From Rhizodiscina lignyota (lineage: Eukaryota): a stretch of 64,000 nucleotides of DNA. Location: NCBI GenBank assembly GCA_010015805.1, contig ML978130.1, positions 744,001 through 808,000 on the forward strand, read 5' to 3'. This document shows positions 34,240 to 46,959 of the stretch, one piece after another (positions within the stretch are counted from its first letter, which is position 1; the number at the start of each line of letters is the position of its first letter). Below the pieces are notes generated by a model, which was not told the origin of the DNA, made no database searches, and was given only the letters and a program-made list of their open reading frames with translations. Both the position numbers and the translations under genes were made by a program.

Positions 34240-37200
34240 CGCGAGGCTTTGGCTGAGGAGCAAACGCTGGAGCTTGGTGCAACTTGGCAGGTTCTGGGCG
34301 TCCTTGGGTTTGCGAGGGCGCTAGCCTTGACCTTCTGTATGCGGCAGCCTGACGGGATTCGCCAGAGCGCGGCGGGTGGCCACAGACGCTCATTATGAAA
34401 TTGCCGTAGTCAGAGGCTTGGCCCTCAGCGCGTTGCAACGATTGCACTGCACCCTGCAATTGGCCGGCTGAATCGCTGGTGTGCCTGGGGCTGGATCTTC
34501 TGGTTCTTTGATGTCAAGTGCTGCGGCGCTGGTGCGGCGATTGGCTGGCCAGAAGCAGGCGCAGATTTCATGCGCCTGTCACCACCTGTGGCTCCGCCGC
34601 CTCTCTGGCCTGTCAGACGCCCGCCAGAGGCCCATCGTGGCGGCGACTGCCTGATGCGGCGGAGCAGAGCGCGCGCTAGTCCCCAGCAGGCAGGAGAAGT
34701 TTCAGAACGGCCTCTGTACCTGACGCGGACCCTCGCTGAACACTCGCTGAACCCTCGCTGGCTGGAGACTTTTCATCTTATTAAGGCGCTGCCTCTGCGG
34801 GCATTGGCGGCGAAGCGAATGTGGGGGCGGGGGTCCACTTGTTCGAGAACCTTTCTCGAAGGATTTATTTTAGATCTAGTTACATTCCTGTACCAACACC
34901 ATACAAGGGGTGTCACAGCATCTGTGGCATTAGGTTACTAGGTACGCCTGCGTCCCGATAAGAGCCCTCCAAGCTGTTGCACCGTCAGGGTCTTCAGGTT
35001 GTCATGACTTGCCTGTCTTGGCCAGCGCGACAGTGACCTCAGTCTCTCGCTGACGATGACGGGTTAAACATATCTCTTCGCGATCGATGGATCTCTGCCG
35101 AGCGTGATCTTCAGACCCAAGACGTTGGAGCCCCCGCTGTTCTCACGCCGTGGACGAGAGCATTCTCCGTTATCCCCGATCGAGTCGATTATTCCCTGTT
35201 CGCACATCTCCATATTCTCGGTCACTCGACATCGCGTGAGAGTCGTTCCCGCTCGCCAGCACGATTACATATTGCCGGCCCAGGTGCCCATATCTGCTAC
35301 AACCATTGGTACTTTTTCTTCACACCGTCGCCACGAGTCACACGAGCGAGTTGCGTCTCCATTGCCGTTCTGCTTTGCCTGCGGTGGCGCCACGGCGCGC
35401 ACACTTTCGTTGGCCTGCACGTCTGCAAATCTGAAGATCGCGCCGAGACTAGATGCGCGTTCGACATCGATCACGATGGTCGCTGTCCTTTCTCTCTCTT
35501 AATGAAGATTCCCGCGTTGGAAGTGGTCGGATTGAATCTTTTGATGCGAGGATTCTCCGTGACCATCTTCCGCGAAATATGGGGTGACTGCTTCTTCCAG
35601 TCGTAATCGTACGAAGTGCTACTGCCTCCGTTCTCATTGCTGTCAACATCATCACCAGATTTTTGTTTTGCAAACTTGCATTGAAAATCACGCGACTAAC
35701 TACGGTCTTGAAGATGCTGACATCTCGTGTAGGTGACTGCCTTTGGCCGCTGAACATTCTGGTTGTCCTCAGATCGTGACCGGACTCGAAGTCGTTGTTA
35801 TCTCCGCATTCAGACTGTATACATCCAGCATGCCGGCCCACTCGGACTCCGTGTGTGCGTGGGTTGGCGGGCAGACTCTGTGATTGATTTCAAACGCGCA
35901 TTGCGCCGAAAACAGTTCTGGCCGTCTACTCGTTCGATTTAGAGCCGAAAATTTGAAGAATCCGCCTGCGTTTGATAAAGCTGCGCGTTGAGTAGATGTG
36001 GTTATCTCGCTCGAGCATAGAGGTGGTTCACATGCAGGATGGAACTTCTGGCAAATATGTGGGTACACTTTTCTCTGTAGTGATTCTAATAGCTGACGTA
36101 GCCGTTGCAGTATGGCATCGTCGCTTGCACTACCGCCAGAGCAGTCTTTCTGTACCAGCCAGTCTCCCTCGTAATCGTAGACTACAACATCGGTCGCACA
36201 TTTGATGCGATGCGTTGATTGCGTTTCCTTTATCTCTTCGAAACTTATCCTATGGAGTACCGCTCCTAATATGGCTGTTCAATCGATACTCCCAGTAGCC
36301 TCGAACACGTCCTTGATGGCCCTACCCTCGGCCTCGGCCATGACGATGGGAGACGTTCAGTAACATCTTGGACGTGACGCTTGGATGCTGGACTAGCGAA
36401 AAATAGTAGTGCGGCACCTGGAATTATGCGCACTTGAATGTGACGGATCTAACCAATTGTCACGCTATGCTCACAGAGCACCCGACAGCGATCAGAAAGC
36501 TTTGCGATCCTCCGATCTGTATTGCAGTTCTGAATCGTGTGGAGTGAAATAGTATAAAAGTATACAGCTAAGACTACTGTAATTAAAGTTCAAGATGGAA
36601 TGGTATGTATATCTTTACAAAGCCTCCGTAGCCACAAAGTACACTGAACAGTACCGGATGCCTATGCCCCAACTTCTCTTCGTCTATGCAATGAAGTCTT
36701 CAAGTCTCTTATCTCGGCGCGCTTTAGGTTCACGCATCCTTCTGCAGATAGATCATGGGAGAACCAAACAACGAGCAATTCATAATACACTCGCTTGTAA
36801 AATCGGTGTCGGAATTCCGCGCCCTCTCGACTTTATTTTGTTCTATACCCTCGTCACTAGGAGATCATATCATTAGTTGCTGTGTAGTCCCTCGCGCTAA
36901 TAGTGGAGGGCTGTAAATACCGCCTGTACTAGTCTTTTATTTAGTGCGAATTACGCTATAGCCTCGCACGTGTGCTCCACCTTCGTAAGTTCGACAGCCA
37001 TCCATATCCAGACAGCAGAATGTGGGCTAGTTCATGTGAATGCGGTTGGCAGGTTCGATGATACTGCTCGTGTCTCAAGATTGGGTTGACCGAGCAAGTC
37101 TGGGAAGAGCACAAATTAAGACATCCATCTAACCTGGACTCGATGTTTCCTGAGAAGTCAGGAGTGCACCGCTAGAAGGCTAGACGAATGTGCGACGGAA

Positions 37201-37413
37201 GTAAGAGAAAAGACAGCAGGGTTGAAAGAATGACTACGGTTAAAGACAATTACACACATGCGTCACGACGTAACACGTCTTGACGTGCCGCCACTCCTAT
37301 TAACAGAATTTTACAAATGCACAGCGCTCTCTTGCAATGCTCCAGAAAACAAACAACCCAAAAACAAAGAACTCAGATGCTGCATGCGTTCAAATCATTC
37401 CCGATGCAACTGT

Positions 37414-38562
37414 TTAGAACAGCGGCTTCTCTTGGACCTCAAGCGCGGCGAAGCCGAACTCGGTGGCGGCGATAACCTCATCGACGCTGGTGAAGTTGGT
37501 GCCAGCGGTAAGGACAGCGATAACAGAGCCGAAGATATCGTTCTCCTTCTGAGGGAAAAAGGCAGTCGCGGTGGAGGGCTTATCTCCCGCGCCGAAGTTG
37601 CAGCTCTTGACTGGCTCAGAGATGATGCTCAGGCCGTTGATGTAGTTGATGAACAGGTTACCGCACTGAGTGGTTTTCGGCTTGGAGATGAAGCTCTGGG
37701 CGCCGGAGGGGCCGTTGAAGTTGTCGAGACGTGTGTCTTGTACGTGGAACTCGAAGGTAATGTCTTGGTCCTCGGCCGACGGGTCGTCAGCGATCAAGGG
37801 CTGCAGCACCTGGAGATTAATCTTGTCCTTGTTCGCACCGCAGGTACCCGGCTTGATGAAGTCCTGGAGGAGAGAGTAGCCAAAGACGCGCGAGCCGAGC
37901 GTCAGGAAGGGCTGGGACTGCGCGCGCTCGTGGAGCCAGGTGCGGAAGCCGCCGTTCTGCTCGGCCTCGTCCTGGGATGCGGAAACGATACCTGGGACGA
38001 AGCCGGCGTCGCCGGCCGCGATGGCCTTGGCAACAACGTCGTTGAGGACGCCATCGACCACGTCCGTGAAACGGTTGGCCAAGACGACGGCCGACTTGAC
38101 ATCATCGACGGGGAAGATGAACTCGCAAGGAACAATGGGGGGCTTGTTATTAGCAGCGTTCGTCAGCGCTGTTTCGGCGTTGATGGCATGTAGCTTCTCG
38201 ACGTTTAGGATGGACTCGATGCCCGCTTGTAGCTGCTCCTTGCTCACATCGAGCTCGTGCAGGGTGCTCAGGAAAGTCGAGTTATCGAGCTGAAGGAGGA
38301 AGTTCTTGAAGAAGAAGGTTTCGATGATTTCGTTCAGCGACACAAGCTCGATGGAGGTGATGGTATCGTCGGAGAACTTGGGTGGCTTGCCGCCGATGTT
38401 GGAGAGCTGACCAAAGGCACCGGCCTCGGTCGAGGCGGTGCTAGCCTTGTCGGCCAAATTAGGGAAGTTACCAGGAAGCTGTACGATCTTCTGCGCGGGA
38501 GCAGCGGCAGCGAGAGACGAAGCCGCAAGGGCGACGGCTACTGTGTTGATGAAGGAGCGCAT
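37414..38562 (-). CDS. Secreted ferritin-like-fold protein (Rds1 / LsdA late sexual development protein-like)
   Basis: Signal peptide; NEIIE..FF, EKLHA, PCEFIFPV, RFTDVV.GVL.D, EAEQNG.FR, PFLT. Strong C-ending codon bias. Confidence 0.8.
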   Translation of the reverse strand: MRSFINTVAVALAASSLAAAAPAQKIVQLPGNFPNLADKASTASTEAGAFGQLSNIGGKPPKFSDDTITSIELVSLNEIIETFFFKNFLLQLDNSTFLSTLHELDVSKEQLQAGIESILNVEKLHAINAETALTNAANNKPPIVPCEFIFPVDDVKSAVVLANRFTDVVDGVLNDVVAKAIAAGDAGFVPGIVSASQDEAEQNGGFRTWLHERAQSQPFLTLGSRVFGYSLLQDFIKPGTCGANKDKINLQVLQPLIADDPSAEDQDITFEFHVQDTRLDNFNGPSGAQSFISKPKTTQCGNLFINYINGLSIISEPVKSCNFGAGDKPSTATAFFPQKENDIFGSVIAVLTAGTNFTSVDEVIAATEFGFAALEVQEKPLF

Positions 38563-38826
38563 GGTGATTAATTTAAGAATTATCGGATTATAGATAAATG
38601 AAAGAAGGAAATAAAAGAGAGGGAAAAAAAGAAAATTTATATGTTTTCCGGACTATTGTTGTTGTTGTAAGTGATTGTGATGGAGGGAGATTTCGACAGT
38701 AGCGGAGCCATAATCAGATATATACCCACCCTAGATGGGGCCACGACGGAAAACAGGCGCAGTCATCATCACGAGCAGCAGCGTCTAAGCTCGTGCATGT
38801 ACCTGATGTGCCGGCGCTGGCCTGGA

Positions 38827-38857
38827 AGAGCAGCGTGGAGAGCAGCGTGGAGAGCAG
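38827..38857. repeat. 12-bp tandem repeat AGAGCAGCGTGG x2.6
   Basis: Read directly; lies about 270 bp upstream of the ferritin-like gene. Confidence 0.85.
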
Positions 38858-40100
38858 TACAGTTTTCTCACACGAAGGTACCAAGTATCTTCTTCCGGAT
38901 GCCGGGAGACAATGTTAAAAATACGTACTATGCGCATAGGCGAATCTCAGGTAGGTTCAGGAGCTTCTCCGAAGCGTGTAAATTCCCGGTATTAGTAAAA
39001 GACACGGAGATTTCAATGCTTACGAAAATAACTAGGATTCCGTCATGTCCGGCTACGCCCTCAGAAAGTTGTATCCCCTACCATTGAGGATACAGAGAGA
39101 CGGCCATGATCACAACGTCCGCTTACCGAAGCCCCAATTCCGTCAACCATTTCGACAAATACCCGATATGTAGGGAGATATCACGCGGGAGGCATGGGCA
39201 AGGCGAACGGCGAGGCTTGGCACGACGATCCCAGAATAACCTTAAGTTGCCGGGGCGTCGTGAGGCCCCTGCTAGCGCATATAATTATAAAGCTTGAACA
39301 ACAGCAAGCGGAGCTTAACAGCCGAAGTGCAGTCAGGGCGCCTCAGGCACAGGTCCCCGAATAACCACGCGATGGAGTATTGCGCGGCCGTGATCGCATC
39401 CGACTTTTATCCTGGTCATCTTTCTCACACGAAGTTGACCCAGGCGCCAGGGCTCATGCACCGCCAGCCTCGAGTGTGATTTTGAGGCTGAGTTGGGCGT
39501 TGGACATTTTGAGATAGTGCTGGTGCGTGATGGGAGAGTATCCTAGCTTGACGACTGCTGGGCCTGACCGACCCGCTTGAGCCGCTGTCACATTTGTAAA
39601 GAGACCATGCTCACGTGGCTAATAATATGAGGTACTCCACTGTCATACTCTCTTACGGTAGATTCTCAGACGGATGGACTAGCTCCGCCGCTACCCAGCC
39701 TCACCTTCGTTCTCACTTCATACCTTAGTATCCTCAGACAACTTCGACGAACATTAACTATGCCCGGATTAGATCCACAGCAGAAGCAATCTTCGTCCGC
39801 ATTCTTGAGTGTGCTCACGACGGGAATAATTAAGCGACTGCTCGAAACTTTACCTTCCGGCGGCGTCTTTACAATGCAGGTACCTGACAATTCCAAAGAA
39901 CCATCTCACGCAGGTATGCGGCTTATAGCTGACGACGGCCTATGGTCGAAGACGTTGGCCGAGCCGAAGACGGCGTTAGATCCGTTTCAGACGCCTAAAA
40001 ACTTTCCGACCAGCTCAGACCTCTTTACTTGAGTATTGATCTCTGGCACCCCTTCCACCAATGTGTTGGACAACCATGAATTCGCGCTACCGGCCTTCCG

Positions 40101-40781
40101 CTAGTACAGGTCCTCGACGTCGCTCAGTGTCACGCCTTTCAAGTTGACCAGCTGCCAACCAACCTTGACTATTTCATGTTGCAGTCTCCACCTCGGTTCC
40201 TCGACGAGTAAGATCGAACTGATAGGCGGTTGGGTGAGGTACATTTCACGCCATAAAGTGTCTTCATGTACGGGAAGCCCGTGCGTGATGTGGTTTGGAA
40301 CATCGTGCGCCTTAATAGAGACTGATGGTAGTCGAAGACACGTCGAAGGCATCTTGGCCGGGACCACAAAGTGGTGCGCCACAAGTGGATTGATATAAAC
40401 GTCGAGCGTGGAATCTTCGTCGAGCAGTGTCCCCCGAGGAACGAGTCGAAAGCCATTGAGCACATCCAGGTCAAAGTTGTACACACCAGGCTCGCTTCTA
40501 ATCTCATCGTATCCCTTGTCTCCTGCTACTACGATGGCGAACTCACTTGGATACAGGAACAGCTTCCCTTGAACATTTACCGAATCCCTGAAGATGTCCT
40601 TCCACCGAGTGCAGACACCTTTGCATCGGAAGAGGTCGCGTATTCCGGCCTTGCTGTTATCGATTGAGAGGAAGATGTTCTCCAAGATCTCCGTTGGTAG
40701 TTGCGAGACATTATATGCTTTTACAAGACTCGAGACCTGCGGGCAGAACGTCCAGCCTTGCTGGTTTTGGATCGCCAGCAT
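40101..40781 (-). CDS. F-box domain protein (possibly disrupted)
   Basis: LPTEILENIFL...LFRCKGVCTRWKDIF..S..VQGKLF F-box; INPL and WREMYLTQPP motifs typical of fungal F-box families. Confidence 0.75.
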   Translation of the reverse strand: MLAIQNQQGWTFCPQVSSLVKAYNVSQLPTEILENIFLSIDNSKAGIRDLFRCKGVCTRWKDIFRDSVNVQGKLFLYPSEFAIVVAGDKGYDEIRSEPGVYNFDLDVLNGFRLVPRGTLLDEDSTLDVYINPLVAHHFVVPAKMPSTCLRLPSVSIKAHDVPNHITHGLPVHEDTLWREMYLTQPPISSILLVEEPRWRLQHEIVKVGWQLVNLKGVTLSDVEDLY

Positions 40782-42353
40782 AGAGCCCTACATGTAGCCA
40801 TGGTCATGTTCTTCTGTGGGGTCAGCCATGGTTGATTGATGGTGCAGAGGAACGGAGGAATGGAACTTGGAAGTTTAGCAGATGGTAAGATACTCTATAC
40901 GGTGGTGTGATACGGTGGTGTCCAGTGTTATTGTCTAGTGTTGAATAAGCGATGTGTTGCCTCTCAACGTGTATTCAAGGGAAACGCAGTCTCCCAATTA
41001 GACGTTTTCTTCCGAGAACGATGTGGATGTGCGAAGTCAGTCCCTTCAGCAGTCCGAGCCCGTTGACTGAAGTTGTTGTTGATTCGATTGGGAATCTCAT
41101 TCCGCGTAGAGACACTGTACATGAAGCCTTTAACATCTACGCACCAGACAGTTTGAAATCATTTCCAGAACACAAATCGAGCGTGGCATTCGTCTCCACC
41201 TGAATCTCTTTCCTAGGAAGCGAACAAAGGAAGAAACATCTGTGCATACAAAGCCAGCACTGCTCAGGTCCCCCAGGACTGCTGATTGAGCGCCGACTCT
41301 ACCTGCTATCATGTCTCTTTTTAGATGCTATGATGGGAACATGAACTCCCGTGCATTCGGGATGAAGGCATATTCAGGTAGATCTAGACGATTGAATGAG
41401 TGCGGTGTGTATTAGATTTAGGATCTCTTTTGGCACAGCAACAGCTTAAAGATAGGAACTGTAGTAAGGTATAGTAACTTGTATACAGGTGGCCTTTTCC
41501 CCGTGAGTTATCGCAAGCTCTATCAAATCTGGAGTTCTTTGCTCCGCCTTAACAGCATCTGTATATAGATACAGATATACGAACGTGTTTCTTTTCATGA
41601 AAGGAGTTCCGACTACAAAAGAGTGCAGATATTCGAAGTAAAAGGCCATTCGTGTAGCTCGAGGGCGTGAAATAAGCGGAGAATGTATTAGATTTAGCAT
41701 CCCTTTTAGTATCCTGACAGCTAGCAGAGAGGACAGCCACAGCAACTTGTATTCAAGTGTCGTTCGTGAGCTACTGGAAGCAATACTCATTTCAAATATG
41801 CGCACCCTCGCGCATCAAGATTGGTACATTGCAACATTCCCATTCTTGTTCCTCAGCAGCACAAGAAACTCTGCAACCCAACCACCACTTCCGACGTCAT
41901 TAAACGATGCCCAGCAATTCACTTCCTCTTGTAGCCTGTTGACACGCTCTAAGGCACTGACTATCTCCGCCTTTGGCACTTGCTAGCCGTGTATCTTCTT
42001 TGTGTAGAGGCTGAGCGTGAGCTTTATTGAACCTCGAGTCCCTTTCTCAACTTTAGCAGCACGTGATAAGTGTACTCAGAGGCGGCAATCTCGTCAGCAT
42101 AGACGCAGAAGTCGAGTATGCGCAGACTCCATCTTAATTAGCGCCGGATTCCATTCCATATGGCAGTATGTTGGGCCAGAAATATACAGTTCGCGAAGCA
42201 GTTCGTATCCAAATAGTTCTGGACGACGGGTGGAGCGTTGGCTGAACGTATCACGGCATCTCTTTGCAAAGATCAGAAGAATGCTCGAACACTTCCATTT
42301 CAATTCATTTAAGTTCCTGTGGAGGAGCCACCCTCCCAGCCCGTGCTTCCTAT

Positions 42354-44554
42354 CTACTTGCGGAGATTCTCCGCCCTGGCCTCCACCACCTTCCTCACCT
42401 CCCTCACCCTACCCTCAATCTCCCTCCTCAGCTTCTCCAACACCACCTTGGCAGCAGCAAGGGAGCAGCCGTCCGGTAACGCTGTGGGCACCATGAGTGC
42501 GCTCACAGCGCCGCCGGAACGGCCACCCGCCTTGCTCTGTACGCGCTGTGGCCAGCGCTCCTCGATGATGGCATCGAGGATTAGGGAGGTGATGAAGGGT
42601 GTCTTCTCCCTTCCGCCGAGGTACGGCCTGACGTACGAGGGGTGCAGGCTCGGCACCACCGTCGCGTTCTGCGAGTTTTCAATCAGTATCATGCCTACAA
42701 AGGCAATAAAATGAAACGTACCTTGACGAAGTGGACGACGAGCTTTGCCTCGAGCGGCACTTTTGCTGGGCCATCGCCGTTGACGGCGCGCGCGAAGCTC
42801 TCGTCATGCTCCACGAGCGCTTTGATGGCGTTGAGAGCCTGCACCGTCCATACCTTGCCGTCGTCAAGCGCCTTGTCGAGCGCAGCGTACCATGATACGG
42901 CTGCCTGTGGCTTGTCGGCCTCCTCCTTGTCATCCTCCATCTTGTCGTCCTCCGTCTCATCGGCCATCTTGTCGTCATCATCCTTCTCATCGTCCTTCTC
43001 ATCGTCCTTCTCATCGTCCTTCTCATCGTCCTCCTCCTTGTCGTCCATCTTGAGAATTTCGATGTTCGGGTAGTGCTTGAACTGGTAGTCCAGTCGGCGC
43101 GCGTGAAGCATTGCATTGGCAATGTCGATATGCTCAATGATCCACTGGAGCCAGGTCCCACATGCCTCGCCCCACCTCTCGTTCCTCATCACACGGATCT
43201 TGGGGTCCACAGCGAGATCGAGGGGATCGTACCACTCCGACTTCTCTGGTTTCCGCCTAGAAAGTGCACTGAGTATGGGAAGTTCAGTGATCTTGTCGGC
43301 TCCAGGATTGTAGACATCGATGTAAATGAGGTACTGTTGCACCAATCTCGAGGTGTCGGAGAGCGTGTCGCGGAGCCTCTCGACAGCGAACCGGAATGGT
43401 AGGACACCACCTTCAGATTGCCATTCCGGCTTCGTATTGCCATCAATGCATTGCCGTAGGTATCGCGCCGATTTCTCGATGCTCCAGACTCGAAAGCCGA
43501 TGAGCGCATGTACTGTGTGGAATACCTCTCTGTTGACATGTCTGGCAACACAGACTTTCAGAGCGCGATCCTTGTTCTCGTTAATGACTTTTGCAAAAGC
43601 CGAGTTCTGCTCCTTGAGTAGAGCCATGTCTGTTTCCACATCCTTGATTGCTTCTGCGAATCCTGTTCCGATGGCCTTCCACTGGCCCACGGTGGCGCTG
43701 AGTTCGAATCGTGAACTCCATGGCCATCGAGGTGTACTGTCGGTGAAGAACCTCAGGAATGCCGATTCTTTCAGCCCAAAAGATAGGCGCCGCTCGAAAT
43801 CCTCGAATGCGACGACGGACACATAGTTCACGAATGTCCACCTCACAGCGTGTCGCTCTTCCGGAAGGCCTCTGCCCGACAGTGAGTAATAGGCGCGGAA
43901 TAGGCGTTCCACGATCCGTATGTGTTGAGCGAATCCTCGCAAAAGCAGGTCCTCAGGGCGCAAATAGTATTCGACAGTGTTGTTCGGGGCGGTTTGGGAT
44001 TTCACAGCAGAACGCGACAAGACTGTTTCGAGGACACTGTATGCAGTGAAATATCTTGCAACTACGCTACACTCAGGAGTCATACTTCTCGTTTGGGTCG
44101 TCGACAACATTGCGTGTTGCGATGAAGAGAGTCGGATACGGCCGTGACTGTGAGTTGAGCGACAAACATTAGCAGTAGGAGTCATACATCGTGCGAGATG
44201 CGCGGTAGAAGATTCAATCTTGCTGAACGCGAGGAGCTTGGCATGTCGTGGCGTTGGAACACTTTTAGATGCCAGAGTCAATGGCGCTTCACTCCTCGAG
44301 GGGGGCGCGACAAACAACCCAACTTTTAGACGTACCTGCTCCAAGTCGCGAAGCACGCCACCAGCGATCTCTCCTGAGCGCTGGTGTAGTAGGAGATCCA
44401 AGATGCGGCGAAACCTGGCCATCTCTCCCGTCGCCGCGGAAACTTGTCGGTCATGCTCCAGCGGGTCATCGAAAGCCTGAAGGGCAAATCCAATGCGCGA
44501 TAGAGCTTGAATCTCCTGGTCGATGTCGTGGATGTTGGAATCTATGTTCGCCAT
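42354..44554 (-). CDS. Large hypothetical protein with acidic repeat tract (exon structure partly uncertain)
   Basis: 619-aa ORF 44554-42695; probable intron at about 42721-42675 (GTACGT...TTGTAG) joins it to the ORF 42692-42354. No family recognised. Confidence 0.6.
42981..43032. repeat. Coding 12-bp minisatellite TCCTTCTCATCG x4.3 (encodes DEKD repeats on the minus strand)
   Basis: Read directly. Confidence 0.92.
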
Positions 44555-44828
44555 GATGTGTGTTCTTATCCCGTTGTTTGAGAGTGGTTGTATGGGGAAG
44601 AGAGACAGGGTGGTGGTTGCTGAGAAGAAGAAGAAGGTCGAGCAACAAATTCCCGCACTTGTAAATGTGGAAGAATTCTAGGCGGCAAGGCGGCAGCTAC
44701 GATGTCCAATGACGTGTTGGCTTTGAAAGATGCTTTGACCCGTTACTTGGTGTGAAGTATATTGTCAATAGTATGAAGAACCCCCCGATCGTGTTTACCA
44801 AACAATCATTCCCATGCGCCACAGTTGC

Positions 44829-46322
44829 CTAATCCCTGCTCCGGTTTGGCGTCCATCTTTTCAGCACAATTTCCCTGACCCTGTAGCCACTTAATAACTC
44901 TCCAACACCAACGATCGCCGTATCTTGATCTCCAGTCGGCGGGGGTATCTCAACATAAACCAACACCAATGTCTTGAACACTTGATTCTGAATGCGATGC
45001 ACAGAATGCAGCCACCACCAGTCCAATCTCCGCCGCATCAGCTTAACGCCCTCTTTCCTCTCCTCCGTCTGAAACCAGTATGAGTGGACGTACGAGGGTA
45101 CAATGATAAGTGCAAATTCTGCATGCGCAAAAACTGGCCCGCCTTTGTATAGCAGAAAATCCACTGCGAACTTATTACCTGGCCGAACCACCCAGCCAAG
45201 CGAGCGGAAGTGGTGATACACAACGTAATTCACTAGAAAAGCGTCGTCCGTACGGAGTGCATCGGGTGTTGCAGGGGGGAAATAGGAGTAGCGTCGAAAC
45301 AAAGTGAGCAGTTGAGACATGGTACCCGCTGGACGATCTGGAACTTCAATTGCAAGCACCCCCAAGCCGTATGTCAAGAAGAAAGCTTCTTCAAAAGACA
45401 ATTGCAAGTGCTCCTCATTTGTGACATCAGTTTGCGCCGCCACATATTGCTTCACGTTCGTGCTCATGCTCGAAGCTTTCTCTCGCTCGTTTAACTGTTC
45501 GGGGTTAATATGGTGGAGCTTGGGAGGCTCAGTTGCTGTACCGCTCTCCTGGACAGCGTTTGTGTTTGTGTCATTATGTATTGATGGGCTTGCCGATCTT
45601 GACAATTGGTGTGACCCAGACAGAGAGTAGTTCGGCAGCATCTCGTCGATCTCGTCAGCTGCGTTTTCGGAAGCTGGCTCTTCAGTTACCGGCTGTTGTG
45701 ATTCCGTCGAATTTGGTTCAGTACTTTGAAGAACGGCATCTCCATCCTTTACTTCCTCAGTTAATTGGGATTCCAGGATCTCCCTCTGCTTCCTTGCTCT
45801 CTCTCGCTTCATCTCGATACGCTCTCGTCGTCGTTGTTCGGTGTGTTCTTCGCTCGTCAAGCCTTCGACTAATCCGCGCCTCTTTCTCTCCTGGTCCAAC
45901 CATGTTGGCTCACTCCGGCTCAACGTTCCCTTCCCAAAGAAGCCGTGCTCCCAAAGCGCCCGAATGGCAGCCTCATCGGTCACATGGATGGATCTGGTTT
46001 CGGGAGAGAAACAGCCTTTGTACGGGGCCGGCACGTGCGAACTTGGGCGGGACCAGAAATGAGATAGAAGAGTATATCCAATCCAGAGAAGTGATAATGG
46101 ATTGTGTGGAAGGAATATTGGCAGTGGATATATGTCCAAAGGTAACGGCTTCGCGTGGATCTTTCCATAGTTCGGCCTGCGTTGTCGAACGGGTGGTGTC
46201 TTTCTGACTTCATTGCTCGAATCCATCACTGGGGGTACAGGTGTCGTAGTTGCTGCAGCGTTCCCATTGACTTGCTCTTTTGCCGTTCCATCCATGACAA
46301 GGTCGTCTTCCCCACTTCCCAT
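44829..46322 (-). CDS. SEN2: tRNA-splicing endonuclease catalytic subunit Sen2
   Basis: LWEHGFFGKGTLSRSEPTW, EHLQLSFEEAFFL, YHHFRSLGWVVRPGNKFAVDFLLYKGGPVFAHAEF, RWTPNRSRD. Confidence 0.95.
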   Translation of the reverse strand: MGSGEDDLVMDGTAKEQVNGNAAATTTPVPPVMDSSNEVRKTPPVRQRRPNYGKIHAKPLPLDIYPLPIFLPHNPLSLLWIGYTLLSHFWSRPSSHVPAPYKGCFSPETRSIHVTDEAAIRALWEHGFFGKGTLSRSEPTWLDQERKRRGLVEGLTSEEHTEQRRRERIEMKRERARKQREILESQLTEEVKDGDAVLQSTEPNSTESQQPVTEEPASENAADEIDEMLPNYSLSGSHQLSRSASPSIHNDTNTNAVQESGTATEPPKLHHINPEQLNEREKASSMSTNVKQYVAAQTDVTNEEHLQLSFEEAFFLTYGLGVLAIEVPDRPAGTMSQLLTLFRRYSYFPPATPDALRTDDAFLVNYVVYHHFRSLGWVVRPGNKFAVDFLLYKGGPVFAHAEFALIIVPSYVHSYWFQTEERKEGVKLMRRRLDWWWLHSVHRIQNQVFKTLVLVYVEIPPPTGDQDTAIVGVGELLSGYRVREIVLKRWTPNRSRD

Positions 46323-46959
46323 GCTGAATGCTCGTCCGGTGAATCAAGCAGAACACTGCCTTTCAATTGAATTCAAATGACAGAGCAAACAGAGCAACGA
46401 ATATTTGAGGACGATGGCTCTTTGGATTGTCATGGCAATGTTAAAGGGGGTATGTGGAAGCTGCAGATATCACGCTCCGACATGATACTTCAAGGCCTAA
46501 TGACGTGAACGGGGTTCAATCTGCGTTGCGGGATAGCGAACGTCAAGCTAGAGGCATGTTGAACTTAGAAGGCGACGAAGAGGGTTTAATTTTGAAGTCA
46601 CAAAAAAGAATTCGGATTCGTTCGAGGTTCAAGGTGCCGGACGGATCATGTGGGAGTCAAAGCTCGAAGATTGAATTTCTTAAATTCTTAGCGCGTGATG
46701 ATTAGATTAGATTGATCGGAGCCTCGTCGGATCGATACATGGATGGACGAAGCAAGGACGAAAAGATCCATCAACTGGTTCCTTCGAGAAACATTCACAT
46801 GCAACAGTCTTGCCACACTTGCTTTGTTCAAGCGCGAGGGTCCGTCCTGATGCCTATTTATGGCGGCTAACCCCATCATAGAGCCAATGAGGCCGTGATG
46901 TTCAACAAGTTTCCTTTGGATACAAGAAGAGACGACACCCCTCGTACCGAGAACCCAAA

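Noticed and set aside
37258..38193. 311-aa ORF antisense to the ferritin-like gene
   Set aside because: Explained by the strong codon bias of the sense gene, which removes antisense stops; no recognisable motifs.
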